A DNA stretch of 63,932 nt, filler included, from Octopus bimaculoides (taxonomy: Eukaryota): the NCBI RefSeq assembly GCF_001194135.2. It is 8 parts of 8 records of this genome, joined end to end, with 100 filler letters (N's around TTAATTAATTAA, not from the genome) between each part and the next. Parts side by side here need not be neighbours in the genome. Positions count along the whole stretch, not along the records: positions 50,023 to 53,698 come from NC_068982.1; positions 53,799 to 63,932 come from NC_068998.1; 6 more parts are not named here. One strand, given 5' to 3'. The notes under the pieces were generated by a model, which saw only the letters and a program-made list of their open reading frames with translations, did not search any database and was not told the origin of the DNA. The stretch's first letter is position 1; the number at the start of each line of letters is the position of its first letter. The translations under genes were made by a program, and so were the position numbers. This document shows positions 52,878 to 62,872 of the stretch, piece after piece.

Positions 52878-53663
52878 TAGTTCAGATATGCATGATATAG
52901 AAAGCAGACGTGCTGCTGGACCATGCTGTGTTGCGGAGGATTGGAAACGTGAAACATCAACAGGGCACTTCTGGAGAATGGATGAATGGTTTTGTTGTGC
53001 CTTTACCCAGCCGTACACACGCACGCACATAGCACGGTGGTGCGCGGGATGGTAACATAAAACATCAACAGGGCGCCGACAAAAACTTCAATATTCTTCT
53101 CATTTCTTCTGCTAAATTGGACAAAAAATGTTTTCATGAAATATTATACTCTATTTATAATGCATAAATAATGTCAATATTTTATCGTCGGAAAATGACC
53201 GATAAAAAGATAAAATCCAGTGCAGTATACTGAAATCTGATAACTCTGCATTTGGATGGGTGGGGTCATAATCGGCGTCGGAAATTTTTTAGTCAAAAGC
53301 AATTCGAGGAGACTGATTAATGTTTGTTGAAAATTTAAAGGAAAGCGACTGGATACTCAAGTCACGGGACATAACGGTGAAAAATGTTTCTAAAATGTGA
53401 TTTATCTGCTCCTGGATCCGCAGTAGGCAACAAGTTGAAATTTGTTTTCGCCCATGACACGCCGTAGACCCTATGTAAAGCATGAGGAAAATTTCATTGA
53501 AATTGGTTGGGTGGATCTTGAATTTTAACGATATGATAAGCACACAGACACACACACATCCTGTGTTATAGATAGATAGATAGATAGATAGATACATACA
53601 TACATACATACATACATACATACATACATGTATACATACATACATATATGCATACAAACACAC

Positions 53664-53698
<35 letters not shown>

Positions 53699-53798
53699 NN
53701 NNNNNNNNNNNNNNNNNNNNNNNNNNNNNNNNNNNNNNNNNNTTAATTAATTAANNNNNNNNNNNNNNNNNNNNNNNNNNNNNNNNNNNNNNNNNNNN
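53699..53798. other. Artificial six-frame-stop linker
   Basis: 44 N + TTAATTAATTAA + 44 N. Confidence 0.97.
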
Positions 53799-53897
53799 GG
53801 AGTTAGTAGCCCGTGCTCTTAACCACTACACCATATGCCCATGGTTAAGAGCGTGGGCTACTAACCCCAAGATTCCGAGTTCGATTCCAGGCAGTGA

Positions 53898-53957
<60 letters not shown>

Positions 53958-54104
53958 CAACATCGAAAAATACCTTAAGAATGAGAACCCAGGTTTGAAA
54001 TTTCCCCAAGACACCTGATGAAGGTTGGAAGGTATATCAGCTGAAACGTTGTGTTAACAACAAACAAGATGAGGACAAATATCCATCAATGGTAAATAAT
54101 GCAC
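53799..54104 (+). mobile_element. Composite short element: inverted-duplicated tRNA-like Pol III head, (AAT)n spacer, and minimal hammerhead module (family H1)
   Basis: 24-bp inverted arms 53802-53825 / 53842-53865; B-box GAGTTCGATTCC 53877-53888; (AAT)n about 53902-53952; hammerhead 54010-54055; 3' module shared with 26726-26835. Confidence 0.7.
54010..54055 (+). ncRNA. Minimal type I hammerhead ribozyme candidate (palindromic ACGU helix III, GUU triplet)
   Basis: GACAC-CTGATGA-A-GGTTGG-AAGGTATA-TCAGCT-GAA-ACGT-T-GTGTT: 5-bp stem I, 6-bp stem II with G-U wobbles, intact CUGAUGA and GAAA cores. Confidence 0.7.
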
Positions 54105-54604
54105 AAAAGCTTGTTTATTTTTATGCTTTTGATTTATTATTAATGTTGCTTAATATGTTTCTTTTCAGATATCATCAGGAAAAGGTAATTAAAATTCATT
54201 AAAATGACAGATTTATTAGACTTTCAAAAAGATCAAATTGTTGGTGCTCGTATGGTAGATGCTAGCATAACGAAAACAGCCGAAATGTTTGTATCAAGAA
54301 GTACTTTCTCAAAAGTAATGACAGCCTTTGAGAAAGAGGGAAAAACCTCCTCGTTGAAATAAAACTCTGGAAGAAAATCAAAATTTCGGATAGGGACCGT
54401 CGGACTCTAAAGTGAAATGTTAGAAAGGATCACAAAAGTACAGCTCCCAAAATTACTGCAGAGTTTAATGACCACCTCGAGAACCCAGTTTCCACAAAAA
54501 CTGTTCACCAGGTGCTGCACAAAGCTAGATTTCACTGGAGGGCTGCAATCAGAAAACCACTACTTTCAAAAGTAAACACTGCAAAGCGTTTAGAGTGGAG
54601 TAAA
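54104..54604 (+). mobile_element. Second copy of the 51606-52877 Tc1 family, lacking its 5' TIR, cut by a gap
   Basis: Collinear with the reverse complement of about 52300-52805 (AAAATGACAGAT..CAAATTGTTGGTGCTCGTA..RKPLLSK). Confidence 0.88.
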
Positions 54605-55469
54605 NNNNNNNNNNNNNNNNNNNNNNNNNNNNNNNNNNNNNNNNNNNNNNNNNNNNNNNNNNNNNNNNNNNNNNNNNNNNNNNNNNNNNNNNNNNNNNNN
54701 NNNNNNNNNNNNNNNNNNNNNNNNNNNNNNNNNNNNNNNNNNNNNNNNNNNNNNNNNNNNNNNNNNNNNNNNNNNNNNNNNNNNNNNNNNNNNNNNNNNN
54801 NNNNNNNNNNNNNNNNNNNNNNNNNNNNNNNNNNNNNNNNNNNNNNNNNNNNNNNNNNNNNNNNNNNNNNNNNNNNNNNNNNNNNNNNNNNNNNNNNNNN
54901 NNNNNNNNNNNNNNNNNNNNNNNNNNNNNNNNNNNNNNNNNNNNNNNNNNNNNNNNNNNNNNNNNNNNNNNNNNNNNNNNNNNNNNNNNNNNNNNNNNNN
55001 NNNNNNNNNNNNNNNNNNNNNNNNNNNNNNNNNNNNNNNNNNNNNNNNNNNNNNNNNNNNNNNNNNNNNNNNNNNNNNNNNNNNNNNNNNNNNNNNNNNN
55101 NNNNNNNNNNNNNNNNNNNNNNNNNNNNNNNNNNNNNNNNNNNNNNNNNNNNNNNNNNNNNNNNNNNNNNNNNNNNNNNNNNNNNNNNNNNNNNNNNNNN
55201 NNNNNNNNNNNNNNNNNNNNNNNNNNNNNNNNNNNNNNNNNNNNNNNNNNNNNNNNNNNNNNNNNNNNNNNNNNNNNNNNNNNNNNNNNNNNNNNNNNNN
55301 NNNNNNNNNNNNNNNNNNNNNNNNNNNNNNNNNNNNNNNNNNNNNNNNNNNNNNNNNNNNNNNNNNNNNNNNNNNNNNNNNNNNNNNNNNNNNNNNNNNN
55401 NNNNNNNNNNNNNNNNNNNNNNNNNNNNNNNNNNNNNNNNNNNNNNNNNNNNNNNNNNNNNNNNNNNNN

Positions 55470-57244
55470 AAGAAATAATATTTATCTCTTTTTATGGAAA
55501 CAAAATGGTATATAGGACTGCAAAAAAGAAGTGCTCAAATGCAGATGAGACACATCCCCAATACTGCTAAATAAAGCTTTGATTTTCACCTGCAAATTTG
55601 CGGATGTACCTAATTCAGGAACTGATATAATCTTAGCGGCAAGGGAGACCCTCATCTCCCAAAATGAGCGTGATTGCCAGAGAGCTGATTCTATCAATTT
55701 CTCCGATATCACTATGGGGACATTTAATTCTGCACAGGTGACTGACTTAGTGGGCCTATACTTCCTTTTGCAGATTAAGGATAGTTTTCCCCTCCTCGCT
55801 GGAGGGTTGTATAGGGATGATGCACTTCTAGCTGTACATAACTAGTCTAAAACTGCATTGAAGAGATTGAAGCAATCCCTGAGATCTTTCTTACAGGATC
55901 TCTTTAATCATAACATTATCTTTGATGTTAATTCTAGAGTGATGAACTTCCTGAACATTACCTTGTGTTTGAACACAGGTTTATACCATCCATTTCATAA
56001 GCCAAACAAATCCATCTCAAATATCAATGTATCGTCCAATCATCTGAAATCCACTATTGATAGCATCATTATCACTATCTCAATCAGAATCTCTAATTTG
56101 TTCACAAATGAAGAGATTTTTTATCAACATGTGCCGCACTTAAATTAAGCAGGTTCAAAACTAAAATCTTATATATACCTAACACGAGATTTAAAAACAG
56201 AATGGCTGGTCTACCACCTGACCATGTCACAGATTGTCAGGAGAAATGCAATGCATTACCGAATTGCAACCAAAATAAGACATCGGTTAGACACATATTT
56301 AAAGATGTTAGGAATAGATGCAGGAAATGAAGTAGTGGTAGTGAGGAGATATATAAAACCAAGAACTCATGTTCTATAATAAGGGAGATAATATGGTTCC
56401 CCCACCACCACCTTTTTCTCTTAGAGTAAGAAGTTTGCCCAAGCTGCTTTTTGGGATTCTGAAGGAGAATTTCCCAAAGAATCATAAATACTACAGCATT
56501 TGCAATAAGTCTTCCATCAAATTCTCTTACTCAGTAATGCCAAACTTAGTCTCCATTATTGCATTTATTAATAGAAGCAAGTTAAATGGGCAAGGGCACT
56601 GGAGGTGTTCTGCTGTAAACCCCGGTATTGGGCAGGTAAGCTCTAATATGCCTAAGGTTAGCACTACAAACCATTTACTCCCACTGGTCATATTGAACCT
56701 CAGTAATGAGATATGTGAAAGAAAGAACGTGGGAAGCCAGACAAGTAATATTAGTAGTAGTAATAAGGTTAGGGATGGGTCTGGCAAATCATGTAATTGT
56801 AGAAACCCTGGATTATGTCCCCTTGATGGGCTCTGTCTCATTACCAATTCAATATATAAATGCGTTGTTAAAGGGGAGGGTAATTTGGATAAGTTTTATA
56901 TAAGCAGTACAGTAAATTTTAAGGCTAGATATAGGGCCCACATGAATTCGTTTTTGAACAAAAGGTACTGTAATTCTACCACACTTGCCTCTTATATACA
57001 TGGTTTAAAGAGGAATAATAAAAGATATTCTCTAGAATGGTCCATTATTTCGTGGACCCCTTACTTCAGAGTAAATATAAATAAGTGTAAGTTATGTGTA
57101 AGGGAATCCCTTGTCATCCTTAAGTCTTTTGGGTCAAAAACTTTAAATAAATATACTGAGGTGATCCATTTTTGCAACCATAGGGTTTTGTCTACCTTTT
57201 TGAAAGTGTATAGAAATAAAAGTAGATGTAATAAAATTTCTTAG
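55470..57244 (+). pseudogene. Decayed RT + GIY-YIG polyprotein of a Penelope-like element (Naiad-type)
   Basis: RT: DITMGTFNSAQVTDLVGLY..GLYRDD (55810-55821)..MNFLNITL..YHPFHKPN..SNH. Linker PPF..FP..H..K.SYS.MPN. CNCRNPGLCPLDGLC (56792-56818 = CxCx5C), SIYKC..YISST, H..SF, CKLC..E, LNK..E..C.H. Several stops and frameshifts. Confidence 0.88.
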
Positions 57245-57447
57245 TTTTATGGGGTTTGAAACCAGTGAGTTTAAATTTCTATTAGCAACAGCCACCTACA
57301 TGTTTTAGCAATAAAATAATTGTTTCTTTCTTTTTTTGTGTGTTAAAAATTTGGACTGGTCCACTAATGGGTTTAGCTTTAAAATTAGCCATGCAGCGTT
57401 GTATGCACCTTTTGGTTTGGCTCTGTGTGTGTTTCCTGTTTCTTGTT

Positions 57448-57529
57448 CATCCTGATGAGGGGGTCATTGCCGTGATGCACTTTAGTGTTATTGAACCACA
57501 GTGATGAACTCCCAAAATGGCCATTGATG
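57448..57529 (+). ncRNA. Type I hammerhead with long stem II and 8-nt palindromic helix III; G12 to A (probably inactive)
   Basis: CATC-CTGATGA-[GGGGGTCATTGCCGTG..CACAGTGATGAACTCCC]-AAA-ATGGCCAT-T-GATG. Confidence 0.65.
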
Positions 57530-57863
57530 TATTTGTATTGACCTTGTAGAAGTCTGTTTGCTATGAACTCTAACCTACCATGGTTTTAAAAATTGAACTT
57601 TGGATGTACTTTGTATGAGGAGAGTAAAAAAGGTTTAAAATATTTTAATTGTTTGATATATATATATTTTTACCTTTTGTATTTTTATGTATATGTATAT
57701 TTTTTTATATATTTAAGAAGGTATGGTGTTATATATAAAGTCATTGATTCAAATTTAATGTTTGTTCTATGACCAATGTTTCTTTATATATATGCATGTG
57801 TGTGTGTGTGTGTGTGTGTGTGCATATATATGCACATATATATATATATATGTATATATGTGC

Positions 57864-57897
<34 letters not shown>

Positions 57898-58286
57898 ATG
57901 TTTATTTTTACTTATATTGCTATTTTAATTTTTATTTTATTCTTATTTTTCAATTTTACCACGATCTTATTTTTTAATCTTTTCTCCTATCTCTCTCTCT
58001 CATACATCCAATCATAAAACCCATTGATGTCCATCATACTTTCTCGCTCTATATACACATTTACAATATGAATACATCATTCAGAATACTGCCAAAATAC
58101 TGCCTGGGTTTATCTGGGGTTTTAACTAAAAACCTGCACCCTCAACATCCATATCCTCTGGAAAAAGATGAGTTGTGAACATTATTCTCCTGCTTATATT
58201 CTTCTAACTACTTTTACTCTTTATTCTTCCATTTTATTCCTTGTAAACTGTAAATTCTCCCCATCTGAAATATTCATACCTTATCT

Positions 58287-58356
58287 CTGATGACAGAAGA
58301 CCCAGTGCACAGACATGATAACCAACCATTTGGGTTATCCCAGAAACAGCTGTAAC
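58287..58356 (+). ncRNA. Family H2 hammerhead-like motif with an apparent insertion in stem II
   Basis: CTGATGA (58287-58293) .. GATAACC/GGTTATC hairpin .. CCCA-GAA-ACAGCTGT-A; stem I not intact. Confidence 0.45.
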
Positions 58357-58749
58357 ACTACAACTTCACCTTACCCTAATTGAATTACTCTAAATGACTT
58401 GCGATACTTGTTCTGCCTGGTTTTGATTTTACTTCTAATATAATATATATAGGCTATAATGGGACCTTAACACACATCCCTAGATCCAGCCTTAGCTGCG
58501 ATCTTGGAACATAATGGTCGACCAAGTATAACACTTACCCAGCATACCTACCCATTTAGANNNNNNNNNNNNNNNNNNNNNNNNNNNNNNNNNNNNNNNN
58601 NNNNNNNNNNNNNNNNNNNNNNNNNNNNNNNNNNNNNNNNNNNNNNNNNNNNNNNNNNNNTATATATATATACATACATATACATACACACACACACACA
58701 TATATATATACACATACACACATATATGTATTATATATATCATTCATAA

Positions 58750-61060
58750 TGTTAAAGTGCCACCAACATTAGTTTCAGATCACAACATAATAGAACTGTA
58801 TATGTATAACCAAAAAGTAACCAGAGACATACACTCTAAAGGAAGCACCCGAAATCTCTCCAATCTGAACTTCCACAAAGCAGACTGGAAATCGATCCAG
58901 AAAGAGAACCTCAGACAGAACAGGCCGAAATGTCTCTCCACAACAGACATTGGCATGAAACTAGAATATTTCATGTCTGTTATGCAAACCATATGCCAGA
59001 GATATGTCCCACAGCACAAGGCCAACATAAAAAGGAACAAGATTCCAAGGTAGAGGAAGATTCTCATGAAACAATGGAAGAAAGTTGCAAATTGCTTCAC
59101 CAACATCCCAAAAGTAGTGAAAGGTCCCACCTAAAAACAACAGTGATTGAGATTGAAAACAGCCTGCAACAATCCTATGTGAAGAAGAGAGCAAACAAAG
59201 AATCCTGGGTTATAGAAAACATCAAATCAAACCCTAAGGCCTTCTTTCATTATGCCAAAACAACAGCCTCAGTATGCTGCAAAATAGGACCCCCACCCTA
59301 CCAGAAGGATGGCTCCCTCAAAGATAACCCAACCAAGAACAGTGAGGTACTGAATGACCAGTTCAAAAGTGTCTTTACCACCCCACTGGAACATAGATAA
59401 GTGAACGAACCAGTGGATTTCTTCACTACCTCACCAGCAAAGCAGTTATAATGGATTACATCGACATTGGAGAAGAAGATATAATACTAGCCACAGATGA
59501 GGTGGACTGCTGGCCCTGATGGCTTCCCAGCAGTCCTCCTCAAATCGTGTAAACATGCCCTGGCGAAACCACTACAGATTCTCTTCCAGAGCTTTCTTGC
59601 AAATGGCAAGCTGCCAAGCAAACTGAAAGAGGGAATAATATTCCTAATCCATAAAGGAAGAAGCAGAGTAGATGCCAAAAATTATAGGGATATCTCTCTG
59701 ACTTCACACATCAGCGAAGTCATGGAACTAATAGTCAGAGGAAAGCTAATCACATTCCTGAAGCAAACGACTTGCTGAGTGATACCCAGCATGGCTTTCG
59801 ACCAGGTAGGAGCTGCCTGACCCAGCTCTTACAACATTATGACTGGGTGTTGAGGCAGTTACTTAACAACTGAAATGTGGACATAATATACTTTGATTTT
59901 GCAAAAGCTTTTGATAAAGTGGATCATAGTGTGATATGCCACAAACTGCGTGATCTTGGCATAGCTGGAAAACTTCGAGAGTGGTTACATGACTTTCTGA
60001 AAGATTCAGGAAGTGGTGTCCACCACTTCCTGACTTCAAACAAAAAAGAAATAGTGAATGGTGTTCCAGAGGGCACTGTCTTGGGAGCACTGCTTTTCAT
60101 AGTGGCCATCTCAGATATGGCATCAGCTGCCTGGATAGCGACCCTTGCTAGTTATGCAGATGATATGAAAGTCTCACAGAAAATGCAGAACCCCAGCGAT
60201 GTTGCACACCTGCAGCAGCAGTTGGACTCAAATTACAGATGGGCTGAGGACAATAATATGCAGTTTAACGCTAAAAAATTCTAAGGCCTGTGCTACCAGC
60301 ATCCAAAACTGAATATTAAACTTACAGGGTACAGGGGCCCACAGCAGATTACAATCCCAGACCCTAAATCAGTGAAGGACCTGGGTATCAACATGAGTGA
60401 TGATACCTCTTTCTAAGTGCAGATTACAAGGATGGCCGCATAGTGTAGACGACTGGCTGGATGGATCCTGAGAACATTCAGGACAAGAGATAAGGAAACC
60501 CTGGACTACTGCTACCCAACAGTGTAAAATTAACAGCGCTTCACAAACAAGATCGTCTCATTGTAACAGCTCAGCTACTGGGAAAAGTTGAAACAGCTAT
60601 GACTCTACTCCCTGGAGTGAAGGCAGGAGAGATATGCAGTAATATACATCTGGAAGATCCTGGAAAGGATTGAGCTAAATTTTGGCATTGAAAGCTACAC
60701 AAATGCTAGGACAGGTTGACAGTGCCAAAGATCCCAGCAATGCCGTCGTGATTCAGGATTAGCTGCTGCAACAGCCTGGGTTTCAGGGGCCCATAGCTTT
60801 TTGATATTTTTCCAAAGAGCCTGAAGGACCTACACAAATTGGATATTGGTGTTTACAGATCAAAACTAGATCTCTTCCTGTCGTGAGTCACAGATGAAAC
60901 GACCTCATGGCAGGAGGCACAAATGAGGGCAGCGACATCAAACTCCCTTATTCACCAAATGCCACATATCAGAGGAGGCTCTCAATAATAACAGTGTTGC
61001 AAAACAGCAGTACCCCAGCATGGCCACTGCTTTCAGATGAAACTGTTAAGAAAAATAAAA
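58750..61060 (+). mobile_element. CR1-clade LINE (end of APE endonuclease, RT, 3' UTR), decayed and 5'-truncated
   Basis: SDHNII; KADW; GPDGFPAVLLK; NYRDISLTS; QHGFRPGRSCLTQLL; DIIYFDFAKAFDKVDH; GVPEGTVLGALLF; YADD; tail CCCCAGCATGGCC..TGAAAC followed by an A-rich end. Confidence 0.92.
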
Positions 61061-61088
61061 TATATATATATGTATGTGTACATATATC

Positions 61089-61123
<35 letters not shown>

Positions 61124-61479
61124 TGGGAAGTATATTTGCCACTTAAATGTGGCTAACCCTTAAGGGTGGATGCTACTGTAGCTTGTAGCCATGGGAGGAC
61201 ACCTCCTCCAGCTGGTTATTGACACACTTTCTGTGCCCTGTCGGTATTTGCAAAAGGAAGCCATCTTTCCCATATCCAACCTGACGTGATACACACGGAC
61301 CTGAGTTTCTGGGAATTGACCTGTCATCAGCATGTGACAATCACCGCTTGTCGATGTAAAGTGGTTCCCAATGCAAATATATATATCCTTTTTCCAGTGA
61401 CAAAAAGTCACTCATCTCGAAAAAGTGTAAACAAGCAATAATAAATCTCTGAGCGAGGTATAAACAGTAGCTGCACGAC

Positions 61480-61510
<31 letters not shown>

Positions 61511-61908
61511 TATATATATATAGATATATATATATATATATACAGAAGATGGAGTTGGAAATATCACAGAAGTAAGTCTAAGACATTTCAATTTAAGAGG
61601 GAATTTAATAAAAATGATTTTTTAAAATTATATAAAGAAAATATTACATGTTTCAATGAATCTTATCTTATCAAATATCAGTAAAAATTTATAAAATTTT
61701 GAAGTAAAACAGTTTNNNNNNNNNNNNNNNNNNNNNNNNNNNNNNNNNNNNNNNNNNNNNNNNNNNNNNNNNNNNNNNNNNNNNNNNNNNNNNNNNNNNN
61801 NNNNNNNNNNNNNNNNNNNNNNNNNNNNNNNNNNNNNNNNNNNNNNNNNNNNNNNNNNNNNNNNNNNNNNNNNNNNNNNNNNNNNNNNNNNNNNNNNNNN
61901 NNNNNNNN

Positions 61909-61960
<52 letters not shown>

Positions 61961-62265
61961 CGGCAAATAAGAAAACGGAAAGGATATAAAATTGACAGAC
62001 ATCAGCCGGTAAACATTCCAGTATGTCTATTTATTCAAATGTATTTGATGAATACACACACATGTAAGAGTAGTACAGATTAGCAAGTGGAAGAAACTGG
62101 TACCTGTAAAACAAAGGTGTGAATACATATAAGCATAAAGAAACAAATGAGCAAATTGGCAAAAAACTAATGGGTGTGCAGGTGCTAGTTCCTTACAGCC
62201 GTTTCTGGCAAGAGGCAACGAAATCATCCAGGTTATCTCTATGGAGATATATAAATATACAGATA

Positions 62266-62315
<50 letters not shown>

Positions 62316-62316
62316 G

Positions 62317-62354
<38 letters not shown>

Positions 62355-62485
62355 NNNNNNNNNNTGTGTATATATATATATATATACGCATATATACATA
62401 TATATATATACACACATGTGTATATATATATATATATATATATACGCATATATACATATATATATACATACATATATACATATAC

Positions 62486-62531
<46 letters not shown>

Positions 62532-62532
62532 G

Positions 62533-62702
62533 AAATTTAAATTAAGCAGAAAATGGAGAAATCTTGATTAACAACAATTGACTAACATAGATTATTATTT
62601 TTTAATACAAAACTTTAGATGGGATAAAGTTTTGTATTAAAAAATAATAATTGATGTTAGTTGTTGATCAAGATTTCTCCATTTTATACTTAATTAAAAT
62701 TT
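62533..62702. repeat. Long near-perfect inverted repeat (foldback), arms about 80 bp, 7-nt loop
   Basis: AAAATGGAGAAATCTTGAT..ATTATTATTTTTTAATACAAAACTTTA-GATGGGA-TAAAGTTTTGTATTAAAAAATAATAAT..ATCAAGATTTCTCCATTTT. Confidence 0.9.
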
Positions 62703-62872
62703 GATTTCTGATAAATTCATGTTTATCTTTGTCCTTGCCTGTATCCTAAGAGCAGAATATGCTTGCATATGTATACCCAGGGTTAACATAGATAATTATA
62801 CTGGTAGTAAAACAGATATTTTTATCCTTTAGATGGTTATTTCAACCTCTAATTACATATATAAATACATAT

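Larger units (their letters stand above)
55470..57760 (+). mobile_element. Penelope-like retroelement including 3' terminal-repeat region with hammerhead; 5' part lost in a gap; 3' boundary approximate
   Basis: Polyprotein relic above plus a downstream hammerhead fold at 57448-57529, as expected for PLE terminal repeats. Confidence 0.8.

Noticed and set aside
53400-53580. Possible Helitron/Helentron-derived non-autonomous element end
   Set aside because: Only general resemblance (AAATTTCAT..AATTGGTT..GGAT before a microsatellite); termini could not be defined
53826-53900. Genuine tRNA gene (anticodon loop CTACTAA)
   Set aside because: Acceptor stem does not close, the plus copy is 5'-truncated and it sits in a repeat; treated as a tRNA-derived head
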